DNA of 64,000 nt from an uncultured Bacteroidales bacterium (GCA_937894795.1 CALCQV010000167.1:1502-65501); one strand, 5' to 3'. Shown: positions 27,541 to 38,326, counted from the stretch's first letter. Notes: generated by a model from the sequence alone, not told the origin. Program-made: numbers and translations.

Positions 27541-30171
27541 TTATTTCAAAGGTTTAGTATAATACCTGTACACATTCTCAAAGCGTGAATACCATTTATT
27601 ACCGCCGGTATAGGTTTCGAGCATTAACTTGATGTTCAGATTGGGTGTTTCATTTTTATCCCTGAGGGCAACAATGCGTGCCAGATTCTCCTGCAAATCA
27701 ACCGTTTCTTCCGCAGCACAGCCGGTCAACCTGAGTCTTTCAAGCAGATCGAGTGCCTGATCGGGCTTGCCTCTGCCTGCCTGGTGACTTATAGCATGTC
27801 TGAGCATCTCCTTATCATCTGATTTTATGGCCAGGTCATAGTAACCTATATTGGCCAGTCCTGTAGTGTCCAGCTTATAATAGGTATAGATGGACTCTGC
27901 CTGCTGAATAAGGTTGGCTGATGCCTGAAATTTCTTCTCATTCAGGAGCCTGAAAGCTTCGGTTACCATCTCATCCCATTTAATCTGGTGTTGATATTGG
28001 CTGAGCATCTTGTTAATCGCTGCAGTAGTCAATCCACAGTTGGATTTCTGATAGACAAGTTCACGGGCCATGGTGGTTTTTTGCCTGGCAAGTGCAAACT
28101 TGTTGGCTTTAAAGAGCTCACTCGCCTCATTTATTAACGAATTATACTCTCCTCTTGCCTTATTACAGTAGGTTTCACTTGCCAGTTCAACCAATTCCTT
28201 ATATTGTTCCTTAATCCTTATATTGTTATTCAGGCTAAGTCTGGCCGACAAACTGAAGGCTTCATTAGCCAAACTCAGTGCACTATCAGGCTCTGATGCC
28301 CAGTGCTTGAGTCTTCCGCGTGAGAAAAGGCTGTTCAGGTAACCTATTCCCATATTTGACAGCAACGTATCGAGCTTACTATATTCAGGGAATTGGAATT
28401 TCTGATACATTTCATTAGCAAGCGCCAGCTTCTCAATCCTTTGAGGTGTTGCCGGCAGCTTGGTATATTGTATTAGTTCATTCATCATCGCCGTGTAATG
28501 TAATTCGGCTATTTTATATGTCAATACGTATACTTCCCATTTATCAGGATAAAAATCAGGGTATTCCTTTGCAAATTGCTCTGCCTTTGTCAGCTCTTTG
28601 TCAGCCTCCTCATAGTTACCCTGGCCCACCAGTATATTTACCCATTTTATTATCAGGTCATATTGCGACCTGACAGCAATTTGCCGGCCATTTTCAGCTC
28701 TTTCCTTCAATGAACCGCTATTACCTTCCAATAAGGAGGTGGCTTTTGTAAAATAATCAAGGGCAACTCCGTACTCATTCTTGTTTAATGCAATATTGCC
28801 AAGCTGAACGTACGTACCGGCCATCCTTATATAGATCTCTTTAAAGGGGCCCGTTTCCTCCTTGGTGAGGTTGTATTTGATGGTATATTTCTCAACTTCG
28901 GCCAGGTATTTCTCGGCCAGTGAAATCAGGTTCTTATCAAGCGCCTTCTGCATTATCCCAATGTAAGAAGCTATTAGGCCTTGTCGTGCAAGTACCAGCG
29001 CCTGCTGTACATCTCCCGAATTTTGTTCAAAAGGTGAGAGTTCTAAAATCTTCACGGCTCCTGTTAACAGGTCAACAGCCTCCAGAAACCTGTGTTCTGA
29101 TATCAACGCATCGTTTTCACGCAAATAGGCCCGCATCAGCTCTCTGGTTAGCTTGTTGAAATCTATGCTTTTATGGATTCGCCTGGTCACTTCCTTTTCA
29201 AACAGGTGGGCAGCCTCTTTCAACTGCTCAACCGTTATGGAGTTTGAATACAGGCGGTAATAGAAGGGACTGCTGTAATAATCAACACTTTGCGATAATT
29301 TATTGGCCTCCTTCAGGCTTTCTATATACGCTGCAGCAAATCTGTCGTACACATCGCCCTTCAGCAATGCTTTTCTGCTTTGAAGAATATAATCAACAAA
29401 TTCTTCAAGATTGTATGCCATGATTTTATTCTTTGCCTCTACTTTCAAGGGATCCTTTCCGGGAACTATTTCAGAGGATACATCCAGTGATTGCTTTAAC
29501 AGATAAAGCCCTTTAATGCCGGTGGTATACAACTTGATAATCTCTTCAAATTCACCGGGATTCTTTCGCTGGTTTTGAATCTTTTTAAGCAGCGTGTCGC
29601 CCAAGGATGCCGATGAATAATAATCCCTGATGGCAGCAAGTTCCAGTTCAAGCTTTCTGTAATTCTGTCCGGTGAAATCAATATCATTTATTTTCAGGCT
29701 GATATCAACACCTGCGCTCCATAATGAATCAGGAAAAGATGCTATCTGCACGAGCCCATCATCCATTATTATCCCTTTCCGATCCTGCATAATCACCCCT
29801 CTTACAGGATCACGAAGTGAAAAACTCACGTCATACCCTGAAGGTTCCAGAAGCTTCTCAATGTTAAAGTCCCTGATCTGTTTATCACCCTTCACATCAA
29901 GGGTTTTAACATCCAGTATAATAAAGAGAGAGTCGCTTTGTCGATAGTTGACACTTACCCTGTATCTGAATGAATAGGTAAGTGATGTTTTCTCCGGTAA
30001 TTTAAGGTGAGCCAGGGCAAGTTGGTTCAGCACATTGTTGTTGCTGCTCTTGATATATGGCTTGTACGAGAAGAGAAACCGGGAGGTGTCACTATGCTCA
30101 TAAATGGTTTGTGCATTAATGCCTGTAACAAGGAATATAATCAGAAGTATGGAAAGCTGAAGGCGGAGCAT
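27541..30171 (-). CDS. Large exported hypothetical protein, helical/TPR-like C-terminal two thirds
   Basis: 876-aa ORF with a signal-like N-terminus and TPR-like helices (YVQLGNIALNKNEYGVALDYFTKA). Confidence 0.75.
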   Translation of the reverse strand: MLRLQLSILLIIFLVTGINAQTIYEHSDTSRFLFSYKPYIKSSNNNVLNQLALAHLKLPEKTSLTYSFRYRVSVNYRQSDSLFIILDVKTLDVKGDKQIRDFNIEKLLEPSGYDVSFSLRDPVRGVIMQDRKGIIMDDGLVQIASFPDSLWSAGVDISLKINDIDFTGQNYRKLELELAAIRDYYSSASLGDTLLKKIQNQRKNPGEFEEIIKLYTTGIKGLYLLKQSLDVSSEIVPGKDPLKVEAKNKIMAYNLEEFVDYILQSRKALLKGDVYDRFAAAYIESLKEANKLSQSVDYYSSPFYYRLYSNSITVEQLKEAAHLFEKEVTRRIHKSIDFNKLTRELMRAYLRENDALISEHRFLEAVDLLTGAVKILELSPFEQNSGDVQQALVLARQGLIASYIGIMQKALDKNLISLAEKYLAEVEKYTIKYNLTKEETGPFKEIYIRMAGTYVQLGNIALNKNEYGVALDYFTKATSLLEGNSGSLKERAENGRQIAVRSQYDLIIKWVNILVGQGNYEEADKELTKAEQFAKEYPDFYPDKWEVYVLTYKIAELHYTAMMNELIQYTKLPATPQRIEKLALANEMYQKFQFPEYSKLDTLLSNMGIGYLNSLFSRGRLKHWASEPDSALSLANEAFSLSARLSLNNNIRIKEQYKELVELASETYCNKARGEYNSLINEASELFKANKFALARQKTTMARELVYQKSNCGLTTAAINKMLSQYQHQIKWDEMVTEAFRLLNEKKFQASANLIQQAESIYTYYKLDTTGLANIGYYDLAIKSDDKEMLRHAISHQAGRGKPDQALDLLERLRLTGCAAEETVDLQENLARIVALRDKNETPNLNIKLMLETYTGGNKWYSRFENVYRYYTKPLK

Positions 30172-30254
30172 AATATTATAAGTGACTCGGCAAAATTATA
30201 TAATTACCTGCAGGTAACAGGTATTTTAATTGAAATTGGATCAGGAGATTTTGA

Positions 30255-32168
30255 TCAATTTAACTGTACTACAATCATTTCGGTTCTTCTGTTCAGGGCC
30301 CTGCCTTCGGGTGTAAGGTTTGTTGCTACGGGTGCTGATGATCCATAACCTTTATATTGCAGCCTTTTTGGTTCAATACCGGCTTTGATCAGGTATGCAT
30401 GAACTGATTTTGCCCTTTTTTCTGACAGAACCTGATTGTAATCGGGGGTTCCCACATCATCCGTATGACCGTTGATCTGTATCTTCATTCCCTTGTTGGC
30501 CATGAGCAGCCGTAACAGGTTATCAAGTTCAGCTTTGGAGGCAGGGAGTAAATTAAAACTGTCCGTTTCAAAGAAGATATTGCGCAATACAATGCTTTCA
30601 CCTTCCCTGACCGGCTTAAGCGGAATATTCTTTACAAATGGATCAATGAAATTATTTTCATCTTTCAATTCAAAATGAGCCGAATAAAACAAGTATCCCT
30701 TTCTCTCCACATTCAGTGCATAATTGCAGCCTGATGGTATTACCAGCAGGTAAGAGCCATCTGTCCTGTTAGATATGGATGATATTACAGTATCGCCTGT
30801 GAAGGGATTGAGCAGCCTAATTCCGGCCTGCAGCGGTGTACCCGACACACTGTCAAATACAACTCCCTTCATATATGAAACCTTTGCCGGTTGTGTATTT
30901 TCAGGCAGTTCAAACTTGTAGATATCCTGCAATCCGAAACCATTTTCTTTAGCCGACGAGTAATAGGCATACCTGCCTTCACTGTCAACTATCATGGTCA
31001 CCTCATCATCCTCAGTATTTATGGGATAACCCAGGTTTACCGGTTCTGTCCACTCCCCTTTCACAAGTGTGGAATAGAATATATCACCCTGCCCCATACC
31101 GGCATGACCATTTGATGAGAAGTAAAGGGTTGATGCATCGGGATGTATGAAAGGCCCTCTTTCTGCTTCCGGGGTATTTATCACCTCTCCGGCATTTACC
31201 GGTATTGACCACTCGCCATTATCCAGCAGCCTGGTAATCCAGATATCACTGCTGCCCATGCCTCCCGGACGATTACTGACAAAGTACAGGGTTCGCCCAT
31301 CTGACGAAAAGCATGGTTGGGACTCCCAGTACGACGTATTTACATAAGGGCCAAGATTGACCGGCTCACTCCAATTATCGCCTGATAGTTTTGACATATA
31401 CAAATCACAGCTTCCATATCCGGCTACACTGTTACATCCTGAGAAGAACAGGAACTGTCCATCGGGTGATAGGGCCATAGCTCCTTCGTCGTCTTCTGTG
31501 TTTATAGGAGCCCCGATATCTATGGAAGGCGACCAATTGCCATTGTTTATGTTATTGCAATAATAGAACTGTTCATCACGGCGCTCTCCTTTCATCATCC
31601 GTCTTGTTAAGTAGAGTCTTTGATTGTCGGGAGTGATATAGTTTACAAATTCATATCCCTCAGTATTCACATTAGGACCCAGGTTGACCGGATTGAATGG
31701 TACCGGATTGTTTTTGGCAAATAGCCTGAACTCTGAAATTCTGAGATTCTTATTGAGCTTTGCTTTTTCTGCTTCCTTAATTTTGGGATAAGCTGCATAC
31801 TTTTTATAGTACTCTATACACTCAGCATACTCGTGCTGTTCAAAAAGCAGATTGGCAAGGATATAATACACAGGAGGAAAAAATGCAGAGTCAATTGACA
31901 CTGCTCTCTTATAACTATTCACAGCATCCTTCCTGTTCCCTTTTAACGAATGGATATCGCCCGACAACAGCCATGACTGGATAAAATTATCATCTGCTTT
32001 AAGGGCTTTGGCCGTTTCTTCCAATGCTTCAGTATAAGCTGATGCATTGTAGTATTGCAGCGCTTTTTGATGATACCTTAGGGCTTTGCTATCGTTCTTA
32101 CCCTGGCTGTAAGTATTCAAAGCAATGATAAGCAGAATGAATATGAAGACTGGAATTCTTTTAATCAT
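30255..32168 (-). CDS. TPR-PD40-OmpA family protein (PorE-like architecture)
   Basis: N-terminal TPRs, PD40 repeats (SPDGQFLFFS, SSDGRTLYFVS) and a C-terminal OmpA domain (GHTDDVG, LSEKRA, NRRTE). Confidence 0.92.
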   Translation of the reverse strand: MIKRIPVFIFILLIIALNTYSQGKNDSKALRYHQKALQYYNASAYTEALEETAKALKADDNFIQSWLLSGDIHSLKGNRKDAVNSYKRAVSIDSAFFPPVYYILANLLFEQHEYAECIEYYKKYAAYPKIKEAEKAKLNKNLRISEFRLFAKNNPVPFNPVNLGPNVNTEGYEFVNYITPDNQRLYLTRRMMKGERRDEQFYYCNNINNGNWSPSIDIGAPINTEDDEGAMALSPDGQFLFFSGCNSVAGYGSCDLYMSKLSGDNWSEPVNLGPYVNTSYWESQPCFSSDGRTLYFVSNRPGGMGSSDIWITRLLDNGEWSIPVNAGEVINTPEAERGPFIHPDASTLYFSSNGHAGMGQGDIFYSTLVKGEWTEPVNLGYPINTEDDEVTMIVDSEGRYAYYSSAKENGFGLQDIYKFELPENTQPAKVSYMKGVVFDSVSGTPLQAGIRLLNPFTGDTVISSISNRTDGSYLLVIPSGCNYALNVERKGYLFYSAHFELKDENNFIDPFVKNIPLKPVREGESIVLRNIFFETDSFNLLPASKAELDNLLRLLMANKGMKIQINGHTDDVGTPDYNQVLSEKRAKSVHAYLIKAGIEPKRLQYKGYGSSAPVATNLTPEGRALNRRTEMIVVQLN

Positions 32169-32198
32169 CGCAATAAAGTTAGATATTATAACGCAACT

Positions 32199-32855
32199 TT
32201 ACGGAATCTCATTCAGGTCAAGCAAAAATATTTTAGCCCGGTTCACTTTTGTCCTTTCTGCTGATATGGAATACACACCTTCCCTTATACAGGTGACCCC
32301 TTCTGTTTGTGTGGCCGGCAGTTCTTTGAAATCAACCCTGCGTTTATTTCCGCCAAAGAAATCGCTATTGACAAAATCACTTAGTATCCATACAAATGGC
32401 AGGTAGTTTTTATAGCCGCACAGTACCATTTGATTGGCATTCTGATCGATGGCAGCACCTGTTATCAAGCCATCTGCATTGAATTCACCCGCCGGGTATA
32501 GGATATAGTGCCCTTGATCTTTAGGCATTGCATAGAGACGACACTTATGATCTGCCCAGTTTTTGGAGAAGAGGTAGAGACTGTCGCCATAACCTATCAA
32601 TGCCTCGCAATCAAAATTATGCGTCCAATAACTACCTCGCCACCAGATGAGGCCTGATGTTTCAAACACCTTCTTAGGTAGTTTCTTAATTAAAACGGGT
32701 GGTTTTACTGAAAGAGGCTTATATATGCATGACCCATCGTTGATAACGGCTTCCCTATTGTAATTCAGCGCGGCAGTGTCTGTACATCCCTGCTGTTGCG
32801 AAAATGCAAAGGCAGGCATCAGCAAAGCCAGAAATATAAGCGCTGTTCTATCCAA
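32199..32855 (-). CDS. Exported hypothetical protein, apparently carrying an in-frame internal deletion
   Basis: Signal peptide, then GCTD..ALNYN..DGSC, then ETSGLI..WTHN fused directly to FDCEAL. Confidence 0.6.
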   Translation of the reverse strand: MDRTALIFLALLMPAFAFSQQQGCTDTAALNYNREAVINDGSCIYKPLSVKPPVLIKKLPKKVFETSGLIWWRGSYWTHNFDCEALIGYGDSLYLFSKNWADHKCRLYAMPKDQGHYILYPAGEFNADGLITGAAIDQNANQMVLCGYKNYLPFVWILSDFVNSDFFGGNKRRVDFKELPATQTEGVTCIREGVYSISAERTKVNRAKIFLLDLNEIP

Positions 32856-32867
32856 AACGAATCTGTT

Positions 32868-33746
32868 TTATTGGAAGATTTCCTTTTTATATGCCTTCAT
32901 GGTATTCGTTAAAAGCCCAATGATTGTCATGGGTCCTACTCCTCCCGGTACAGGCGTGATATAGCTGCATTTTGATGCCACCCTGTCAAAGTCAACGTCA
33001 CCGGTTATATGGTATCCCTTTTCTGATTCATCGGGAATTCTATGGATACCTACATCAATGATGACAGCGCCTTGCTTAACCATATTTTCCTTAACGAAAT
33101 TGGGTTGACCGATAGCGGCAATCAGTATATCAGCCTGCTTGGCAATTTCCTCAATATTCTCAGTTTTGCTGTGGCATAAGGTGACTGTACAATTACCGGG
33201 ATATGATTTACGCGACATCAACAAACTCATGGGAGTTCCTACTATATTGCTTCTACCCAGTACTACGCAATGTTTACCTGTTGTTTCAATATTCATGTAC
33301 TCCAACATCAACATGATGCCGGCAGGTGTTGCAGGCAGATAGGATGGCAAACCAAGTACCAACCGTCCGATATTCACGGGATGAAAGCCATCAACATCCT
33401 TAGCTGGATTTATTCTCTCTAAAACTGCGTCGGCATTAATATGCTTTGGCAGAGGCAATTGAACAATGAAACCATGTACTTCTGAATCATTATTCAAAAA
33501 GTCAATAACTTCCAGCAACTGTTGCTCGGATACATCTTTTGGCAGACGGTAAACGCTCGATGTAAAACCAATTTTCCGGCAAGCTTTCTCCTTACTGGCA
33601 ATGTATGTCAAACTGGCCGCTTCATCTCCCACAAGTATGGCGGATAAATGAGGGGCTTCACCCCCAGCATCAATAATATCAGCTACTTCTTTTGCCAGAG
33701 AGATCTTGATCTCTTCTGAAATCTTTTTACCATCAATTAGTTTCAT
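32868..33746 (-). CDS. folD: Bifunctional methylenetetrahydrofolate dehydrogenase/cyclohydrolase
   Basis: KDVDGFHP, PATPAGI, GRSNIVGTP and TPVPGGVGPMT motifs. Confidence 0.97.
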   Translation of the reverse strand: MKLIDGKKISEEIKISLAKEVADIIDAGGEAPHLSAILVGDEAASLTYIASKEKACRKIGFTSSVYRLPKDVSEQQLLEVIDFLNNDSEVHGFIVQLPLPKHINADAVLERINPAKDVDGFHPVNIGRLVLGLPSYLPATPAGIMLMLEYMNIETTGKHCVVLGRSNIVGTPMSLLMSRKSYPGNCTVTLCHSKTENIEEIAKQADILIAAIGQPNFVKENMVKQGAVIIDVGIHRIPDESEKGYHITGDVDFDRVASKCSYITPVPGGVGPMTIIGLLTNTMKAYKKEIFQ

Positions 33747-33830
33747 TCTTGGTCTATTAATGTTTGTTTATTATACTGCAATGTGCAGAAATAGATCGTG
33801 TTAGCCGGTATATTGAAGCAATGGTCAGGT

Positions 33831-35183
33831 TTAGCGTTTTCTGCCTGTCGACATGCGTTGCATATTACGCATAGCGTTCAGAGCGTTTTTACCGCCTCCG
33901 CCTGATACCATCTTCATCATCTTACGGGTATCATCAAACTGCTTTATCAATCTGTTCACTTCTGATATATCGGTGCCACTTCCCATGGCAATGCGTTTGC
34001 GGCGACTGCCATTTAAAACCGAAGGATTTTCACGCTCATAGGGGGTCATGGAGCCAATCATGGCTTCAATGCCCTTGAATGCATTATCATCAATGTCAAC
34101 ATCCTTGAGAGCCTTTCCCATCCCCGGTATCATACCAATTAAATCCTTCATGTTACCCATCTTCTTGATCTGCTTGATCTGGGCAATAAAGTCATTGAAA
34201 TTAAACTGATCCTTTATAAGTTTCTGTTGCAGCTTGCGGGCCTGTTCTTCATCAAACTGTTCCTGAGCACGTTCCACCAATGAAACAATATCACCCATCC
34301 CCAGTATACGATCAGCCATACGAGCAGGATAGAAGATATCAATGGCATCCATCTTTTCACCGAGCCCTACGAATTTCACAGGTTTATCAACTACTGAGCG
34401 AATGGTAAGCGCCGCACCACCACGGGTATCACCATCCAATTTAGTAAGTACAACCCCATCATAGTCCAACCTGTCGTTAAATGCCTTTGCGGTATTCACA
34501 GCATCCTGTCCGGTCATGGAATCAACCACAAATAAGGTCTCCTGTGGATTCACAGCCCTCTTTATTGCAGCAATCTCATTCATCATCTGTTCATCAACTG
34601 CCAAACGACCGGCAGTATCGATGATCACCGTATTGATATCATACTCCCTGGCGTGAGCAATAGCCTGTTTGGCAATGTTTACAGGGTCAGTACTTCCTTC
34701 AATGGTAAACACCTTTACATTGACCTGTTCACCTAAAACCTTTAACTGTTCAATAGCTGCCGGACGGTATACGTCGCCGGCCACCAACAATACTTTCCTG
34801 CTTCTTTTATTTTTAAGATAGTTGGCAAGCTTGGCCGAGAAGGTAGTTTTACCCGAACCTTGCAGTCCGGCAATCAGTATGACGGCGGGTGTACCTTTAA
34901 GATTAACATCCACATTTTCACCCCCCATCAGACTGGCCAGCTCATCATGCACTATCTTTACCATCAACTGTCCGGGTGATACGGCTGTAAGCACCTCTGC
35001 GCCAAATGCCTTCTCCTTAACGGTATCAGTAAATTGTTTTGCAACCTTATAGCTAACATCGGCATCAAGCAGTGCCTTTCTAACATCCTTCAGTGTTTCT
35101 GCAACATTGATATCAGTAATATATCCCTGGCCCTTCAGGGTTTTAAAAGCTCTGTCCAGTTTATCGCTTAAATTCTCAAACAT
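33831..35183 (-). CDS. ffh: Signal recognition particle protein
   Basis: GLQGSGKTT, DTAGR, TKLDGD and M domain (SRRKRIAMGSG). Confidence 0.98.
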   Translation of the reverse strand: MFENLSDKLDRAFKTLKGQGYITDINVAETLKDVRKALLDADVSYKVAKQFTDTVKEKAFGAEVLTAVSPGQLMVKIVHDELASLMGGENVDVNLKGTPAVILIAGLQGSGKTTFSAKLANYLKNKRSRKVLLVAGDVYRPAAIEQLKVLGEQVNVKVFTIEGSTDPVNIAKQAIAHAREYDINTVIIDTAGRLAVDEQMMNEIAAIKRAVNPQETLFVVDSMTGQDAVNTAKAFNDRLDYDGVVLTKLDGDTRGGAALTIRSVVDKPVKFVGLGEKMDAIDIFYPARMADRILGMGDIVSLVERAQEQFDEEQARKLQQKLIKDQFNFNDFIAQIKQIKKMGNMKDLIGMIPGMGKALKDVDIDDNAFKGIEAMIGSMTPYERENPSVLNGSRRKRIAMGSGTDISEVNRLIKQFDDTRKMMKMVSGGGGKNALNAMRNMQRMSTGRKR

Positions 35184-35216
35184 AGTATCGTTACCTTATT
35201 TCTGTAGATTTGAGTG

Positions 35217-35224
35217 CAAAATTA
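35217..35224 (-). promoter_or_regulatory. -7 promoter element for ffh
   Basis: TAATTTTG on the minus strand, 33 nt upstream of the ATG. Confidence 0.6.
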
Positions 35225-35419
35225 ACAATTATCTGATAACTCACTTCATATATGCCGCTCAATTGCATACCGCAACCAATTTTCCTAAACATTGTTTAAT
35301 CTATAGAAGTACATTGATATTCAATCTGTTGAATCATCATATCTTAAAGATAACTGATTTTAGGATGTTAAGTTTTGAATAAATTCAATTACTTATTGCT
35401 AATAATTCAGTGAGTTCTT

Positions 35420-35427
35420 TATATTTG
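35420..35427 (+). promoter_or_regulatory. -7 promoter element for the T9SS protein gene
   Basis: TATATTTG 36 nt upstream of ATG 35464. Confidence 0.6.
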
Positions 35428-35463
35428 CTCAATCAAATAAACGTTTAACAAAAAATATCCATT

Positions 35464-37605
35464 ATGAAAAAGTTATTTACTCTTATTGCTTTGGTGACTA
35501 TTTCACTCTCTTCCATGGCTCAGTGGTTACCACAAGCTTCAGGCTTTACCACTGCATCAAGAGGTATTAAGTACATGCATGCTGTTGATGCAAATGTTGT
35601 ATGGGCAACTGCCTACGACGGATCAGGAGGCGGAGCTGTAATTCAGGAATTCACCCGCACTACCAATGGTGGTGAGCTTTGGGTTCCCGGTGTTGTTAAT
35701 AATGCTGCAGGTTTAGAGTTTGCAATGATCTGTGGTGTTGACGCCAATACTGCCTATGCAGCTATGTACAAAACTTCAGGCAGCAATCCTCAGGGTATTT
35801 ATAAAACTACCGATGGCGGTCTTACCTGGACACATCAGGCAACAGCTTTGTTCAACAACTCAGCTTCATTTACCAACGTAGTTCATTTCTTTGATGCAAA
35901 CAACGGTTTTGCTCAGGGCGATCCCATCAATGGTGAATTCGAACTTTACACTACCAATAATGGCGGAACCACCTGGATGCCTGTTCTCGGAGCAAACATT
36001 CCAAATCCTCTCTCAGGTGAATGGGGAGTGGTAGGTTACTACTCAGCCGTTGGCAATACTATATGGTTCGGAACCAATAAAGGCCGCGTTTATCGCTCAA
36101 CCGACATGGGTCACAACTGGGAAGTTTTCACCTGTTCATTGGGTGCTACCTATCTTGATATTGAGTTCTCTTCTGAACTTCATGGTCTTGCACAGGATAA
36201 AGGACAAAACAGCACAGGTACTTTCGCTGAAACCTTTGACGGTGGTGAAACATGGACTACCATTACAGCTTCAGGTCCAACCCTGACTGCAGATTTTGCT
36301 TACGTTCCGGGAACTGAAATGACTTTTGTAGCTACCGGTTCAAATCCTGAGATAGCCAATCAGCTTGGTATTGCCTTCTCCTATGATGGTGGCCATAACT
36401 GGGAATTCTTCCCTGATACCGAAACAGCTCAATTCCTTGCCGTTGATTTCGTGGATCCTGAAACCGGATGGGCCGGCGCATTCAACGAAAGCGCAACCGT
36501 TGGTGGTATGTATAAATTCAACGGTAGCCTCGTTGAGCCTGTTCCTCCTACCAACTTAACTGCTGATGTTGTTGACCAGACTGTTACCCTTAACTGGACT
36601 GCCCCTGAAAACCTTGGAAGCTCTTTCCTCGGATACAACGTTTGGAGAAATTCAGTTGTTATTGCTCCTCTGGTAGCTGAAACAACTTATGTTGATGCTA
36701 ACCTTCCTTCAGGTGCCTTTGTTTATATGGTAACCGCAGTTTATGAAAACGGCGAATCACAACCATCAAATTCTGTTGAAGTTGAAATTACCGGCGGCGG
36801 TACTGTAACCAATATCGTGCTTGATTTCGAAGCTCAGGCCGATTTTGATCTTACTTTTGGCGACTGGACAGCATTGGATGTTGATGGCAGCACAACATAC
36901 GGTTTTGACGGAATTACCTTCCCTCACGCCGGTGAGCCAATGGCTTTCATAGCTTTCAATCCTCTTGCAACAACGCCTCCTGTAACCGGTATGACCACCC
37001 ATGGCGGCGACCGCTTGGGTGCTTGTTTCGCTTCTACAACTCCTCCAAATGATGACTGGTTGATCTCTCCACAGGTTACCCTTGGTGATAATCCTGTCCT
37101 CTCAATGTGGGTGAAATCATATACTGATCAATATGGCCTGGAGAAATACAATGTATTGGTTTCTACTACCGATCTGAATCCTACCAGCTTTGAATTGATT
37201 GAAGGTCCAATTTCTGCTCCAGCCAACGACTGGGCATATGTAACCTACGCTCTTGATGCTTATGTTGGCCAACAGGTATATGTTGCTATCCAGTGCGTAT
37301 CAGATGACGCCTTCATTTTCCTCGTTGATGATATTACCATCAGTTTCATTACCGGTACCAACAATGTACCTGCAGTTGAAAACCTTATGGTTTATCCTAA
37401 CCCATCCACAGGCATATTGAATGTTAAGGCTGATTCCAAATTCAATAAAGTTCAACTGGTTAACCTTACCGGCCAGGTAGTTTATGAATCAAGTGTTATG
37501 GCCAATGAAACTGTAATCAATACAACTTCAATGACCAAAGGCTTATACCTTCTTAATATTATCTCTGACAAGGGTATTGTAACCCGTAAAATCAGTGTTA
37601 GATAA
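35464..37605 (+). CDS. T9SS-secreted protein with BNR/Asp-box propeller, FN3-like and cleaved-adhesin-like domains
   Basis: Signal peptide, repeated T.DGG.TW Asp boxes, PPTNLTA..LNWTAP, DDWLISP..YVAIQC..DDI and CTD (VYPNPST..KGLYLL..RKISVR). Confidence 0.87.
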   Translation: MKKLFTLIALVTISLSSMAQWLPQASGFTTASRGIKYMHAVDANVVWATAYDGSGGGAVIQEFTRTTNGGELWVPGVVNNAAGLEFAMICGVDANTAYAAMYKTSGSNPQGIYKTTDGGLTWTHQATALFNNSASFTNVVHFFDANNGFAQGDPINGEFELYTTNNGGTTWMPVLGANIPNPLSGEWGVVGYYSAVGNTIWFGTNKGRVYRSTDMGHNWEVFTCSLGATYLDIEFSSELHGLAQDKGQNSTGTFAETFDGGETWTTITASGPTLTADFAYVPGTEMTFVATGSNPEIANQLGIAFSYDGGHNWEFFPDTETAQFLAVDFVDPETGWAGAFNESATVGGMYKFNGSLVEPVPPTNLTADVVDQTVTLNWTAPENLGSSFLGYNVWRNSVVIAPLVAETTYVDANLPSGAFVYMVTAVYENGESQPSNSVEVEITGGGTVTNIVLDFEAQADFDLTFGDWTALDVDGSTTYGFDGITFPHAGEPMAFIAFNPLATTPPVTGMTTHGGDRLGACFASTTPPNDDWLISPQVTLGDNPVLSMWVKSYTDQYGLEKYNVLVSTTDLNPTSFELIEGPISAPANDWAYVTYALDAYVGQQVYVAIQCVSDDAFIFLVDDITISFITGTNNVPAVENLMVYPNPSTGILNVKADSKFNKVQLVNLTGQVVYESSVMANETVINTTSMTKGLYLLNIISDKGIVTRKISVR

Positions 37606-37619
37606 TTACACTTTTAATT

Positions 37620-37660
37620 AATAAAAAGAGGCTGTTGTTTGGCAACAGTCTCTTTTTATT
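37620..37660 (+). terminator. Intrinsic terminator
   Basis: AATAAAAAGAGGCTGTTG/CAACAGTCTCTTTTTATT, 18-bp stem with one G-U pair. Confidence 0.85.
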
Positions 37661-37914
37661 TAACACTATATCAATAAGTTGATTGCTATCCAATAACCGC
37701 TGAATTCATATCCCAACATATTGTTTCTACAGTTCAAAATATCCATTTATTTCCACACCCTGAGTAATTGAAATCCTGACTCGTATCTTCTCATTGGTGT
37801 AGTCAGTCTAATTCCTTATATTATCTTACCTTTCTGTATCCTGATTTGTACTATTTGACTTTTTGGCAGGAAAGTTGATTCTGATTCACTTATCTACAGC
37901 AAATATTTGCATCT

Positions 37915-38286
37915 ATGGACACTGACACAATCTATAAAGAGATAGGGAGAATGGCCTATGCCGTGGCAAAATCAAACGGTGTAATAAAGGAAACAGAGGT
38001 AGAAAACGTGTACAATTTCATTGATGAGGAGTTAAAGACTACAGGTACAGATTCAGTATTATGCGTAGGGAGTGAATTCACGCGCCTTCGGCGCATGAAC
38101 GCTTCGGCCAGGGAAGCATACGCCATGTTTGCCAATTTCATGGAAACACACGGTAATACCATTCATAACCGAATAAAGTTCGCATGTGTCCGCCTGGCAA
38201 TCAGAATTGCTGATTCAGATGAAAGCCTGGATGAAACCGAAGTGGCTTTGATCAACAAGCTTATTAAGAAGCTTGAAATAGCCTAA
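37915..38286 (+). CDS. TerB-like small helical protein
   Basis: MAYAVAKSNGVIKETE at the N-terminus and IADSDESLDETEVALI at the C-terminus follow the TerB pattern. Confidence 0.6.
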   Translation: MDTDTIYKEIGRMAYAVAKSNGVIKETEVENVYNFIDEELKTTGTDSVLCVGSEFTRLRRMNASAREAYAMFANFMETHGNTIHNRIKFACVRLAIRIADSDESLDETEVALINKLIKKLEIA

Positions 38287-38326
38287 GCCTGGCTATCACT
38301 GATATTACTAACCTGAAATACCGAAT

